Positions 49,636-62,263 of a DNA stretch of 64,000 nucleotides are shown one piece after another. The notes under the pieces are model-generated. The model had not been told where the DNA came from. It was given only the letters and a program-made list of their open reading frames with translations, and did not search any database. Made by a program: the position numbers and the translations under genes. How positions within the stretch are numbered: position 1 is the stretch's first letter; each line of letters starts with the position of its first letter. This stretch comes from an uncultured Chloroflexia bacterium (GTDB lineage: Bacteria > Chloroflexota > Limnocylindria > Limnocylindrales > CSP1-4): assembly GCA_963768655.1 (NCBI GenBank), contig CAVYIM010000008.1:33584-97583 (forward strand). Reading direction: 5' to 3'.

Positions 49636-50239
49636 GGGTAAGGGTTGACCACTGAACGACTACTGGCCGAGGAGCGTTTCGATCGATTTGGCGGACATTC
49701 GAGTCCGGCGCGAAACGTACCTGGCAACGCGGGTTGGGTCACATCCACAACGAGTAAGGGAGCGTCGATCCAGTCGCGGCCAGAGAGCCATCGCCCGCAC
49801 ATGCGCGGGACAGGGGTGCTGCGCTCGAGGGTTCGGTCGCGACGACTGGACGCCGACCTGCGATGAGATCGCCATCCGTCGCCTTCCTGCGCGGGATCTC
49901 CGAGAATCGCCCGACGTCTTGGCCGAGCCGCTCGGGGGCTGCAATCCTAAGCTCACCGGTAGGGTATTACAACACTTGCCTGACGGGGTACATCGGAGAT
50001 GCCGGGCGGAGCGGGACCGATCGGTCTGTGGGACGACGATAGCTTGAATGTTACCGATCGAACACGGCAGCGGCGCCGACGCGGTCCGAGAGGGCAGCCC
50101 TTGCGAGGCCTCCTGCCAGCGCGGACCGGCCGCTGTCCCGCGGCTCGGGTACGACGTCCCAGGACATGCGACAACCTTTGCCCCGCGGTGTCATCGACCC
50201 GACGATGGCCGTGCAAAGCACCACATTCTGAAGGACCCG

Positions 50240-50782
50240 ATGAAGCTTTCGTTATTGCGTCTGATCGCCTTGATGACTGCGCTGGCTATCGTGCTGGCGG
50301 CGTGTAGCGCCTCGGGCGCGACTGCCTCGCCGGCCGCGACACCCTATATGGCCGCGACCGTGGCTCCGGTCGCACCCACCACAACTCCTTTGCCCACCCC
50401 CGCACCATCTCCGACGAACACCCCCGCACCATCTCCGACGAACACCCCCGCACCATCTGAGGCCTCGGCGCCCGGCCTTACGGGGCTGTGGAACGGGAAA
50501 TGGAAGGACACCTCGCCAGACACGTCCGGCGGCACGTTCGCCGTAACGTTTACTCAGACGGGCAGCAACCTGTCGGGCACGATCGCCGTGAAGGGCACGC
50601 CCTGCCTGACCAGTGGAACCGTGACCGGCACGATCACCGGCAGCACGATCAGCTTTGGGGCTGTCTCGGGCCAGGTGAAGATCACCTATAGCGGCAGCAT
50701 CTCCGGCAGCGGTATGAAGGGTACCTATGACGCCCCGGCGTGCGGCAACGCGAAAGGCAATTGGACGGCGGTGAAGGGTTAG
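50240..50782 (+). CDS. Lipoprotein with Pro/Thr linker and beta-rich domain
   Basis: LAAC lipobox; 24-bp tandem repeat (PAPSPTNT) near 50397-50458. Confidence 0.85.
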   Translation: MKLSLLRLIALMTALAIVLAACSASGATASPAATPYMAATVAPVAPTTTPLPTPAPSPTNTPAPSPTNTPAPSEASAPGLTGLWNGKWKDTSPDTSGGTFAVTFTQTGSNLSGTIAVKGTPCLTSGTVTGTITGSTISFGAVSGQVKITYSGSISGSGMKGTYDAPACGNAKGNWTAVKG

Positions 50783-50940
50783 CAGGCAGCGCGTGCCGAT
50801 GGCCGCGCGCGTGCTAACCACCAACGCCCTGCCGGTGACGGTCGATTTCCGGTGACGGTCGATTTCGTCTCTTCGCCAGTGGCGAGTCGACACACGATGC
50901 CTGCATTCGCGCAGGTCGGTTTTGCCTGTCTATCGCCACT

Positions 50941-52449
50941 TCAGGAGATAGTCCGGAGGCTCGGCCACATCGTGGTCCAAGGCGCCCGTAGGCCGGTGCA
51001 CACTGAGACGGGCTCTCCTTGCTCGCCGTTCTCGATGCCGAGCCCATTGTCGATCGTTGCGACGACGTGACAGCCGACGAAGAACTGGCCCGGATTGGCC
51101 GGTCTCCAGTCACCCACGTGCACCACGACGGTGAGGTCGGCCGGCGGGGGTCCCCACGACCAGAACGAGTTGTGGCCCGAGTAGACCGGCGGGAGTCCCG
51201 TGCCGAGTAGTTCGAGCGGGCTCGCTTCGCTGTAGTCGTTGGTCAGGATCACCGCGTGGGCTCGTTCGTCTGCGGGCAGTGCGTCCACCACGTGCTCCAC
51301 CGTTGCGACGAACTGCGGCCAGCCGACGGTGTTCGCAACATCGGGGACCGTGGCGGGCAGCGTCGTCTTGGCATACGTAGCCAGCGGCAGGATCGGCAGG
51401 GTCAGGTAGGCGATGAGGGCACCGGAGAGCACCGCGGCAGTCGCGAAGCTCCCGGCCTTGAGGCGGAAGTGGCCACGGGCCAGCCAGCGGTCGAGGAGGA
51501 TCGCGCCGGCCGCCATGAACACGGGCGCGGAGCCGATCGCGTAGTAGGCCTTGCCGCCGCTGATCACGACGAGGGCGAGTCCAACAAGGGCGGCGATCCC
51601 GATTGCGCGCCACGGCTCCCCTGCCTTCGACCGCAGGACCCACAGCAGACCCGCCGCGCTCACCGGGAAGAGGAACGGGCCCGTGAAGAGCCAGAGCAGC
51701 GGCACGATCTGGCCGCGGTTGTCGGCGGCGTATTGGGAGATGGCCTGCGCCATCGTGAGTTGCGGCCAGCCGTTCGTCGCTTCCCAGACAAGGTTCGGAG
51801 CCCAGATCAGGAGCGCGATCCCGATGGCCGCCCACGCCCAGCGTGAGCGCACGATATCCCAGCGTCGGGCGAGAACCAGTCCGACTGCCAGACCCGCTCC
51901 CAGGAACAGGATCGTGTCCTTGTTCTCGAGGCCGATCCCGGTCACCAGGCCGACGGCCAGCCAGAGGCGCCCGTCACCGCCCGCGAGCAGCTTCACGAGC
52001 AGCCACAGGACGATCGCCCAGACGAGCAGGTCGGGCTCGGTCGTAGTGTCGAGATGCCCTGCGCCGAGATAGCCAGACAGGGCGGCCGTGATCGCCGCGA
52101 GGCTCTGCGCCCGCCGCGAGCCGCCGAGGTCCCGCGCGATGAGCGCGACGAGGATCATCACGAGTGCCATCTCGAGCGCGGGCAGCAGCCGGATGGCCGT
52201 GGGCGAAACCCCGAACAAGGCCACCGACGCGGCCGAGAGTAGCGGCGTGAGGGGCGGCTGGTCGACGTAGCCAAGAGCAGAATGTTGGCCCGCGACGATG
52301 TAGTACATCTCGTCGCCGTGGAAGCCGTAGGCGCCCGACACGACCATCAGCCCGACGAACATTACGCCCGCAATTGCGAGCACGGGCCGGGGAACGGCGA
52401 ACGTCGAGAAGCGACGGTTGGATGGGTGCACGGCAACCGAGGTTGTCAT
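50941..52449 (-). CDS. GT-C (family 39/ArnT-like) glycosyltransferase
   Basis: YGFHGDEMYY, GYVDQPPL, many TM helices, YSGHNSFWSWG. Confidence 0.88.
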   Translation of the reverse strand: MTTSVAVHPSNRRFSTFAVPRPVLAIAGVMFVGLMVVSGAYGFHGDEMYYIVAGQHSALGYVDQPPLTPLLSAASVALFGVSPTAIRLLPALEMALVMILVALIARDLGGSRRAQSLAAITAALSGYLGAGHLDTTTEPDLLVWAIVLWLLVKLLAGGDGRLWLAVGLVTGIGLENKDTILFLGAGLAVGLVLARRWDIVRSRWAWAAIGIALLIWAPNLVWEATNGWPQLTMAQAISQYAADNRGQIVPLLWLFTGPFLFPVSAAGLLWVLRSKAGEPWRAIGIAALVGLALVVISGGKAYYAIGSAPVFMAAGAILLDRWLARGHFRLKAGSFATAAVLSGALIAYLTLPILPLATYAKTTLPATVPDVANTVGWPQFVATVEHVVDALPADERAHAVILTNDYSEASPLELLGTGLPPVYSGHNSFWSWGPPPADLTVVVHVGDWRPANPGQFFVGCHVVATIDNGLGIENGEQGEPVSVCTGLRAPWTTMWPSLRTIS

Positions 52450-52708
52450 TGTCGGTCCCTAACATTCCTCCACAGCCAAGGATAGGCACCGGAGCATGAG
52501 TTGGCCGCGTTCGCGGCGCCGCCATTCCGCCGACCGAAACCTCCGACCCAAGCGTGCCGGATCGTTGGACGGCGCGCGGTCTGGCAGCCACGCACGACGG
52601 CCTAATAGCGACACCGGCCAGCGGCCCAGACTCAAGCCTCATCGCCCGCTGCGCACGTCTGGAATCGCGAGGTGGGGCCGACAGCGGGTTCAGTTGCCGG
52701 CTGCGATG

Positions 52709-53659
52709 TCAGAGAAGTAGGTGGCGAGGCACCTGGTTGTCGAGCTTCTCGCCAGCCGCGAAACGACGGATCTGATCGCCGGCGAGGGCGTAGGCGCGGG
52801 CGAGCGACCGCCGCGAGTCGCCGGCCATGTGTGGGCTGATGAGGACGCCCGGCAACCGCCAGAGCGGGTGATCTGTAGGCAGCGGCTCTGGATCGGTCAC
52901 GTCCAGCGCCGCGCGCAAGCGGCCGTCCCGCAGGGCATCCACGAGTGCCGGCGTATCGACCGTCGCGCCCCGCCCGGCGTTCACCAGGAGGGCGCCGGGC
53001 CGTAGCAGCCCGAGGCGGCGAGCGTCCAGCAGCCCGGTCGTCTCCGCAGCGAGCGGCAGCAGGTCGATCAGGATGTCGGCGGTGGGCAGCGCCAAGTCCA
53101 GGTCATCGAGCCCGAGGGCTCCCTCCCGCCGCGTCCTGGCCACTCCGACGACCTCGACGCCGAAGGGCTGCAGGCGCTCTGCCACCGCGGAGCCGATCGA
53201 CCCGTAACCGAGGATCACGGCGCGCAAGCCTGCCAGCTCGTCGGCCACGAACGGGCGCCAGTCTGCCGCCAGCTGGGCGTCACGGGTTGTCATCAGGCCT
53301 CGCTGCATAGCCAGGATCGCCCCCATTACCCACTCCGCCACCGGGCCGTCGTAGACACCCCGAGCGTTGCAGACGACGATGCCCTCGGGTACCCGCCCGC
53401 GGAGCCAATCCACGCCCGCGCTGAGCGTCTGGACCACCCGCAGGCGAGCCATCGCGCCCAACTGGGCCAGTACGACTTGCCTGGACCAATCGGCTGGGAC
53501 GAGGAACTCCACCCGGCTCAGGTCTGGAGGCGGGCCGGACTCGCGGGGCAGAAGGATAACTTCCACGTTCGCCGGGAGCTCGCCCATTTGGTGCCGCTCG
53601 GGCAGGTCTGGAAGGCACACGACGACCGCTTCGAGTCTGTCCCGGCGTCGCTCACTCAC
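52709..53659 (-). CDS. D-2-hydroxyacid dehydrogenase
   Basis: ILGYGSIG, VNAGRG, LDVTDPEPLP, SPHMAG. Confidence 0.93.
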   Translation of the reverse strand: MSERRRDRLEAVVVCLPDLPERHQMGELPANVEVILLPRESGPPPDLSRVEFLVPADWSRQVVLAQLGAMARLRVVQTLSAGVDWLRGRVPEGIVVCNARGVYDGPVAEWVMGAILAMQRGLMTTRDAQLAADWRPFVADELAGLRAVILGYGSIGSAVAERLQPFGVEVVGVARTRREGALGLDDLDLALPTADILIDLLPLAAETTGLLDARRLGLLRPGALLVNAGRGATVDTPALVDALRDGRLRAALDVTDPEPLPTDHPLWRLPGVLISPHMAGDSRRSLARAYALAGDQIRRFAAGEKLDNQVPRHLLL

Positions 53660-53842
53660 GCTCCGCCTCCGCGTGCCTATTACTGGTAGCAGTCACTCAG
53701 GCTGGCGAGTCTCGCAGAGCCTCCAGGCCTCGTCAATCTCGGTTGCGGCACCATTTCCGGTAGGCGGCTCCGGCTCGGCTGAGGTCCTGCGCACTACGGC
53801 TGCGTCGTGACGGTGGGGACGAAGCGACGTCGCTCCGTCGAC

Positions 53843-53873
53843 GCTGGTCAGCCTCCGAGGATGGCTGACCAGC
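53843..53873. terminator. 11-bp stem hairpin
   Basis: GCTGGTCAGCC / GGCTGACCAGC, just downstream of dockerin-like remnant; no U-tract. Confidence 0.45.
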
Positions 53874-53901
53874 TGGGAGGGCCGCTCGCGAGAGCCCCGG
53901 T

Positions 53902-54090
53902 TCAGTCAAAGCCCCACCACATTCCTAGCCACAGGTTGTAGTCGTATTGGTCGACCACTCCGTCGTCGGTGACATCGGCCGCGGCTCGCATGTCCGGCGT
54001 GCACGCAGGATCGTTCTCGTAGCACATGAGGAATACGTTGTAATCCAGGATGTCTACGGAGCGTCTGCGGATCTGAAACCCCGGGCCATC
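53902..54090 (-). pseudogene. Dockerin-like (paired Ca-binding loop) gene remnant
   Basis: VDILDYNVFL..ADVTDDGVVDQYDYNLWL*; in-frame TAA upstream. Confidence 0.55.
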
Positions 54091-54243
54091 TTACAGCGGC
54101 CCCACCTGGGCAATCCGCCCGAGCTCGCGCGGAACTTGGTGGCGATCGAGGCGAGACTGTCGACGCTACGACCTGCTCGTGCGAATGGGCGACTCCGCTC
54201 GCCGGCGTGTTGACAAGGCACGTCTGCTGTGGGAGCGGCTGGA

Positions 54244-54882
54244 TCAGCAGTCGGGATACCCAATCTCGAGCACGTCCTTCTCGAGCGAACCCAGCGTGAC
54301 ACCACGGCTCAGGGACCGGATTAGGCTGTCCGACAGGCTCTGGTGCGCGTAGATGGCCTCGACTGCGGCGAGATCCACCTTGCGCTCGTAGTAGGTTTCC
54401 GCCCAAGTCTGGTATGTGCGTGGGTCCGCATCGAGAATAGCCAACAGAGCCTCAGACCCGTCCGGGTCATCAGCCGACGGGTACTTGATTGCGCCGACCT
54501 GCCACGCGGCGTCCGCAGGCGTGCGCCAGATGCAGAACGTCGCGTTCTTCGAGTCGAACGCGGGTTCGGCAACCAGGCCAGCGAACGCTGGAGGCACCGA
54601 GTCGAGCACGCCTGGCCATGTATCGTCTGCATGGTGCATGGAGGACTCGTGCGCTAGGCCGATGAGACCGATTCCGCGCGCCGACAGCAAAGCGAACCAC
54701 TGGTCTCCGCTGCCGTCGCGCATTGACGCCATCATCTCGCCCTCGGCCCACTTCGAGTTGAACGAGTAGTACCGGTACTCCCAGTCCGGTGACAGGATGG
54801 CATCGAGCATCGCCACCGAACGTGCGAGCCGCCTGAAGCCCACGAGGTCCGGCATCTCACTGAGGTTCCGTGTCGAGATCAT
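54244..54882 (-). CDS. Conserved hypothetical protein
   Basis: 212 aa, GGAG RBS, LDAILSPDWEYRYYSF..MRDGSGD. Confidence 0.82.
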   Translation of the reverse strand: MISTRNLSEMPDLVGFRRLARSVAMLDAILSPDWEYRYYSFNSKWAEGEMMASMRDGSGDQWFALLSARGIGLIGLAHESSMHHADDTWPGVLDSVPPAFAGLVAEPAFDSKNATFCIWRTPADAAWQVGAIKYPSADDPDGSEALLAILDADPRTYQTWAETYYERKVDLAAVEAIYAHQSLSDSLIRSLSRGVTLGSLEKDVLEIGYPDC

Positions 54883-55077
54883 CGCTCCACTCTAAGCGGT
54901 CCACCATTGATTGGTTGATCCAGACAGCGGTGCTGATGGCGCCGATCGCACCACAATCGACGGCTCCATCGCTCGCAACCTCACGCTCCGCAGCCCTGCC
55001 GCTCCACTGCATTCGGCCGAGGTAGAGCCGGGGGCGCACGATCGCTGGATCGTGTCCGAGGAAGAGTCGCGCATCGA

Positions 55078-56595
55078 CTACTTCAGGTCGGAGACCCGGA
55101 CCACGTCCAGCTGCGTTGGGGCCACCAGGTATCCCGTGGGCTGGCCCGGCTGCGAGCCCAGGATGAGCCAGCCTCCCGTAAGAGCCACCCCGTCGGGAAC
55201 TCCGCGGGGCTGCGAATCCCCGGGCGCCAGGATCGCGAGCGACGCGTTTCGAAAGGCGTCGCTCCAGCCGAGCCAACCGCCCGAGACGAACGCGGGGCAG
55301 CCCTCGTACCCGGTGTCCGCGGGCTGCCAGCCGGGGGCCGACGCGGTCCACATCTCGCAGCCCCCTGTGTCCCAGGCAATCTCACCCGTGTCGGCGTCAA
55401 GAAAGTAGGCGTCGTCAGCGATCTGGTGGGCCTCGGAGGAACCTTGGGGCAGCCACATGAGATGAGACCCCAGGTAATACGGGTTGCCGTAGCCAGCGGC
55501 CGGTCCCGTCCCGGCGGCATGGAGATCGTCATCCTCGACCCAGGCCAGGTTCTGGCCCGCCCAGCTCATCTCCTCGATCGGGCCACCCAATTGCAGCGTT
55601 CGAGTCGCGCCCGACGAGAGCGTCAGTATGTTCAGGACGATGCCATGGCTGAGATCTCCGGTCGTGTAGGCGAGTTGGCCGTCCCCAAGGGCCACGTTTG
55701 GCACAACCGGAACCGGCGCGTCCTGGCTGATGACCTCGTTGACTATGTCCGGATTGCTCCCCTGGGCAACGACTGTGGTCGACCCAGTGTCGAGATCGGT
55801 GAGGACGACCCGCCAGCTGCTGCACCGAACCTGCGGCATCTGATGGGCCTGTTCGGTCGGCTTTGGTGATGGCCACGATGACTCGCAGGTCGAGTCCGCC
55901 CAGGCCGCCTGGGAGCCGGCGACCGATATCGCAGTCGGGACCGAATCAAAGGTCGCCGAATTGCGAATCTTGCGCAGCGCACCCGTGTGGAGGTTGGCGG
56001 CATACAGCGCCTCGGAGGTCGGCGCGTCCGGGAAGCTGACGCCCATGACCAGCCAGTCGCTGTCCGCTACCAGCGTCGCCGTTTCGACCTCGGCACCGGC
56101 TGGCAGCGGGACGTTCGTCCGCATCGCGCCGGGCACCACGAGCAGTGTCGTGGCGGACGGGAGCCCCGACCAGGGTGTGGCTGTCACAAACGGTGTCGTC
56201 GTAGGAAGCGGGGAGCTAAGCGCGCTCGGAACTGAGGTCGCGAGGCTACTCGGAGACGTGCTGACGCCGATCGTCTGCGGCCCCGCCTGGCGCCAGTAGA
56301 GCAGGGCGGCCGCCAGGGTCAGCGCGATTGCGGCTGCCGCGGCCAGTTCGGCCCACCGTCCTACCTTGTCCCGGCGCCAGAACGGGACGGACACTCGAGG
56401 GACGTCCATGCGCTGCCAGGGTGCGCTCAGGAGATGGAGGGTGCGCCGGTGCCCCTCGAACAGGAGGCTGCACCGGTCGCATGCAGCTACGTGCCGCTGC
56501 TCGGCGTCCGTCAGCATCACCCCGGTACCGCCCTCCGCCGCCTCGGCGAGCCTGTGCTCGTCCACGTGGTGGGCCAGGAGTCCAATCGCCTTCAT
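55078..56595 (-). CDS. Putative ZAS anti-sigma factor with TM helix and large extracytoplasmic domain
   Basis: HVAACDRC (HxxxCxxC), single TM, ATGA overlap with sigma. Confidence 0.8.
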   Translation of the reverse strand: MKAIGLLAHHVDEHRLAEAAEGGTGVMLTDAEQRHVAACDRCSLLFEGHRRTLHLLSAPWQRMDVPRVSVPFWRRDKVGRWAELAAAAAIALTLAAALLYWRQAGPQTIGVSTSPSSLATSVPSALSSPLPTTTPFVTATPWSGLPSATTLLVVPGAMRTNVPLPAGAEVETATLVADSDWLVMGVSFPDAPTSEALYAANLHTGALRKIRNSATFDSVPTAISVAGSQAAWADSTCESSWPSPKPTEQAHQMPQVRCSSWRVVLTDLDTGSTTVVAQGSNPDIVNEVISQDAPVPVVPNVALGDGQLAYTTGDLSHGIVLNILTLSSGATRTLQLGGPIEEMSWAGQNLAWVEDDDLHAAGTGPAAGYGNPYYLGSHLMWLPQGSSEAHQIADDAYFLDADTGEIAWDTGGCEMWTASAPGWQPADTGYEGCPAFVSGGWLGWSDAFRNASLAILAPGDSQPRGVPDGVALTGGWLILGSQPGQPTGYLVAPTQLDVVRVSDLK

Positions 56596-57095
56596 CGTTC
56601 CAGCTCCTTCCCGGTCGCGGGGGCGAGCTCGCGCGCGAGTTTCTGCCGGGCCTTCCAAAGACTCGCGGCCACGGTGCCCCGCGCAACCCCGAGCACCTGA
56701 GCCGCTTCCTCCTGCCCATAGCCGAGCCCATAGACCAACGCCATCGCGAGCCTTTGGCGTTCTGGCAATCTGGCGACCGCCTCGGAGCAGTCGAGCCTCA
56801 TCTCCGGGTCCAGTGGGAGGTAGCTCGGTTCCGTTCCGTCCAGGCTGGGGAGCCGGCGCCGTCGCGCAGCCGCTGCGCCTCGGGCCGCGATGCGTCGCAG
56901 CCAGGGCCGCAGGTTCCGCTCGTCACGCAGATCGCGAAGATGCGCACGGCCGTACAACAACGCCTCCTGGGCGATGTCTTCGGCCTCGTCGGGGGCGCCA
57001 AGCGCACGACACAGCAGACAAAGCTCGTCGAAGAGCTTCGGGTAGGCCGCATCGAAGTAGTTGAGCGCTTCTGGTGTGGCAGAGATGGCGTCCAC
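56592..57095 (-). CDS. ECF sigma factor
   Basis: AEDIAQEA, WLRRIA, LPERQR, LGVARGTVAASLWKAR; AAAGGAG RBS. Confidence 0.9.
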   Translation of the reverse strand: MDAISATPEALNYFDAAYPKLFDELCLLCRALGAPDEAEDIAQEALLYGRAHLRDLRDERNLRPWLRRIAARGAAAARRRRLPSLDGTEPSYLPLDPEMRLDCSEAVARLPERQRLAMALVYGLGYGQEEAAQVLGVARGTVAASLWKARQKLARELAPATGKELER

Positions 57096-57171
57096 ACTCC
57101 TTTAGTAGAGGGCGGAGCCTGAATTGCTTACCGGCGTTGAGAATATCTGCTCATAGGGAGCGCCGCGGTCG

Positions 57172-57459
57172 TTGTCCGACGGGCAATCCTCTAGTGGACC
57201 CTCGATTCAAGTGGCCTTGCCCCGGCCTCTGCGTTTGCGGTATCTCGAGCATCTTCCGGAGTGGTGGGCGGCAGTGGGGCCCGAGGATCGCAAGGCCCTC
57301 GCGGAGACGCTCTTCGCCAAGATCAGGGTCCTGGGCACGCGAAGGGCCATAATAGAACCGACGTTCGAAGCCGCCGCACGGGGCCTGCCCGAAGCATTTG
57401 GAATAGATGAGGTCGAAATGGTCGGGTCGAGAGGAGACAAGCCGACACCGACGACCTGA
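57172..57459 (+). pseudogene. Probable C-terminal remnant of a large serine recombinase
   Basis: WAAVGPEDRKALAETLFAKIRV pattern; reads through a tRNA-derived att-like core (MVGSRG). Confidence 0.5.
57417..57436 (-). repeat. att-like repeat 1 (tRNA-Pro 3'-end fragment)
   Basis: AATGGTCGGGTCGAGAGGAG; 19/20 identical to 62524-62543. Confidence 0.75.
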
Positions 57460-57540
57460 ATGTCCCACTCCTGCTCGAGTGCCGACTTGTCGGCCGGAGC
57501 CGATGGACCGAGCTCGCAGGGTAGCGAGTCGGGCAGTGGA

Positions 57541-58395
57541 CTACTTGGCAGTAATCCCGTCGCCGAGTCGCTTCAGCGCTGCCTCCGAATCTGACCCGGG
57601 CTCCGCGGTGAACACGAGGATGGTCAGCCCGGGATCTCGCGGCAGATCGAGGTCTTCGAAGGACAGGGTGAGCTCGCCCGCGACCGGGTGACGGTAGCGC
57701 CCGACCCCAGCGCGATGGAACAGCACGTCGTGATCCTCCCAGCGCACCCGGAAGACCTCGCTCTTCGCCGATAGCTCCTCGATGAGTGCCGACAACCCCG
57801 AGTCGTAGGGGTTACGACCGGTTTCGGCACGGAGCAAGCCAACCATGTCTCTGGTGCCGCGCTCCCAGTCGACGAAGAACTCGCGGGCAGCCGGATCCAG
57901 GAAGAGGAAGCGGGCTGGGTTCGGCGGCTCGCCCGGATGATCGAGGTCTTCGGGATAGAAGTCGTAGTAGAAGGCCTTGCCGATCGGGTTCGAGTAGACG
58001 ATGTCGAGGCGGCGATTGCGCACCAGGGCGGGAACCGAAAGAGCGTCCACGATGAGCCGAACGGTTAGAGGCACCTCCCGCTGGCCGGCCTGATGAGTTG
58101 GCGCTGGAGCGCTGTTCAGGGCCCGCATGAGGTCGGCGAGATGCAAGCGTTCGGCGTCGTTGAGCCTCAGGGCGCGGATGACCGCGTCGAGGACCTCCTC
58201 GGAGACACCGCGAATGTCGCCGCGCTCGAGCTGGGTGTAGTACTCGGCGCTGATGCCCGCCAGCATCGCGACTTCCTCCCGCCGAAGACCCGCCACCCGA
58301 CGGCGCCCGCCGAAGGTGGTCAGCCCGGCCTGTTCGGGCGTGATGCGTGCCCGTCGCGAGGCGAGGAAGTTTCGTATGTCTGTTTCTGCGCTCAC
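57541..58395 (-). CDS. XRE-HTH regulator with MmyB-like ligand-binding domain
   Basis: FLASRRARITP..RRVAGLRREEVAMLAGISAEYYTQLERG; FTAEPGS. Confidence 0.93.
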   Translation of the reverse strand: MSAETDIRNFLASRRARITPEQAGLTTFGGRRRVAGLRREEVAMLAGISAEYYTQLERGDIRGVSEEVLDAVIRALRLNDAERLHLADLMRALNSAPAPTHQAGQREVPLTVRLIVDALSVPALVRNRRLDIVYSNPIGKAFYYDFYPEDLDHPGEPPNPARFLFLDPAAREFFVDWERGTRDMVGLLRAETGRNPYDSGLSALIEELSAKSEVFRVRWEDHDVLFHRAGVGRYRHPVAGELTLSFEDLDLPRDPGLTILVFTAEPGSDSEAALKRLGDGITAK

Positions 58396-58422
58396 AGGTG
58401 CAATGGTAGAGGCTGCCACTAG

Positions 58423-58446
58423 CCAGGTACCGCCAGTACCACCCCT
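58423..58446. promoter_or_regulatory. Putative operator between XRE/MmyB regulator and operon
   Basis: CCAGGTACCGCCAGTACCACCCCT, tandem GTACC repeats. Confidence 0.45.
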
Positions 58447-58518
58447 AGGCAGCGTCTCTCTTGTCGTGATGGTGGCGTGGTTGGATGGCTCCAATCAAAC
58501 GAATCCAGGAAGGACTTC

Positions 58519-59555
58519 ATGCAAGCAGCCACCTTCAACGGGCCCGGCGACATTGGCATCGCGACCGTGCCCGATCCACAGATCGTCGAACCAACGGACG
58601 CCATCGTCCGAGTCGTGCTCGCGTGCGTCTGCGGCTCCGATCTCTGGTACTACCGCGGTCAATCGCCGCATGAGGTCGGCGACCTCATCGGCCACGAGTT
58701 CATCGGCGTCATCGAGCAGACGGGCGCGGACGTTCGAACGGTTGCCGAAGGTGACTTCGTCGTCGCCCCGTTCGCCTACAGCTGCGGCGTCTGCCCGAAC
58801 TGCGACGCCGGCTTCCAGACGGCGTGCCTGGTCGGCGGCTTCTTCGGCGGCAACGGCCTCGGCGGCCAAGCGGAGAAGGTCCGCGTCCCGCTCGCCGATG
58901 GCACGCTCGTCAAGGTGCCCGGAACCGGACACTCCGACGAGACCCTTCGATCGCTGCTCACGCTGTCGGACGTGATGGGAACGGGCCACCACGCGATCGT
59001 TTGCGCCGGCATGAAGCCGGGAGACACTGTGGCCGTGGTGGGGGACGGCGCGGTGGGGCTGTGCGCCGTTCTCGCCGCTCGGCGTCTCGGCGCCGGCCGG
59101 ATCATCGCCCTCAGCCGTAACCCGGCTCGCCAGGCGCTTGCCCGCGACTTCGGCGCAACCGACATCGTGGCCGAGCGCGGCGATCGGGCTGTGCAGGCGG
59201 TCCTGGACATGACGAACGGCATCGGCACGGACGCCACCGCCGAATGTGTCGGGACGAGCGAGTCGTTGACGACCGCCCTCGACATCACGCGTGCCGGATC
59301 GATGGTCGGCGCGGTCGGCGTCCCGCACAACGACGTCCCGATCAGTCACATCTTTCGAAAGAACTGGGGTGTCAAGGGCGGCGGGGCACCGGTCCGCGCG
59401 TACATGCCCGCGCTGATGGACGACATCCTGGCTGGCTACATCAATCCTGGGCGCGTCTTCGATTTCGAGACGGACCTCGCGGGCGTGCGTGAGGCGTACG
59501 CCGCGATGGACGAGCGGCGGGCGATCAAGAGCCTGCTGCGGATTGGAGCGACGGC

Positions 59556-59559
<4 letters not shown>
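58519..59559 (+). CDS. Zinc-dependent alcohol dehydrogenase (MDR)
   Basis: CGSD, GHE, CGVCPNC..C, GDGAVG. Confidence 0.93.
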
Positions 59560-61458
<1,899 letters not shown>

Positions 61459-61472
61459 GTCGAGGAGATCAG

Positions 61473-61892
61473 ATGCAACGACTTCATCCGCAGCCGACCA
61501 CGAAGGCACCCTCGAACACGTTTACCGGCGACGCCTGGTTCGACGTCATCGTTCGGGGCGAGGAGCCTTCCCGCGTTCGCGTGAGCATGGTTCGCTTCGC
61601 GCCGGGCGCCCGCAACGCCTGGCACTCACACGCCGTCGGCCAGACCGTTCATGTGACCGAAGGCATTGGCCTCATCCAATCCCGCGGCCAGGCCGCGCTT
61701 GAGATGCATCCCGGCGACACGATCTTCACGCCGGCAGGGGAGTGGCACTGGCACGGTGCGACGCCCGAGCATTTCATGACCCACCTCGCCATCTGGGAAG
61801 CCGCCGACGACGGAGCGGAGGCCGACTGGGGCGAGCTGGTCAGCGATGCCGACTACGTGGCTGCTTCGGCTTCGGCGAAGGCTTCGCGATGA
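61473..61892 (+). CDS. Cupin domain protein
   Basis: FAPGARNAWHSHAVGQ, EWHWHGA; GAGGAG RBS. Confidence 0.9.
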   Translation: MQRLHPQPTTKAPSNTFTGDAWFDVIVRGEEPSRVRVSMVRFAPGARNAWHSHAVGQTVHVTEGIGLIQSRGQAALEMHPGDTIFTPAGEWHWHGATPEHFMTHLAIWEAADDGAEADWGELVSDADYVAASASAKASR

Positions 61893-62263
61893 GCGCTTGG
61901 ACAGAGGACGAGCTCGGCCGCATCGGCCGCGCTACCGAAATCGAGATCTCCTCGCGCCGTCCCGACGGCAGCCTCCGCCCGTTCGTGACCATCTGGGCAG
62001 TTCCAAGCGGAGATGCCATCTACGTCCGCTCGGCCTATGGCTGGAACAACGGTTGGTTCCAGCGAGCCCTCAAAGCGGGGCGAGGCCGAATCCGAGGCGG
62101 GGGACTGGAACGCGATGCTTTGTTCATTCAACCGGCGGCTGACGAGGCAGACGCCGTGACTTCCGCCTACCACGAGAAGTACGACCACTACGGCGCCAGG
62201 ATGGTCGGCACGGTCGTCAATGCGGAGGCCGTCCGCGCGACGCTCAAGGTCATTCCCGAGTAG
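61889..62263 (+). CDS. DUF2255 family protein
   Basis: WTEDEL..RRPDGSLR..TIWAV..YVRSA..YHEKY. Confidence 0.85.
   Translation: MSAWTEDELGRIGRATEIEISSRRPDGSLRPFVTIWAVPSGDAIYVRSAYGWNNGWFQRALKAGRGRIRGGGLERDALFIQPAADEADAVTSAYHEKYDHYGARMVGTVVNAEAVRATLKVIPE

Noticed and set aside
50830-50868. CCGGTGACGGTCGATTTC tandem duplication
   Set aside because: Only two copies in a convergent intergenic gap; simple slippage
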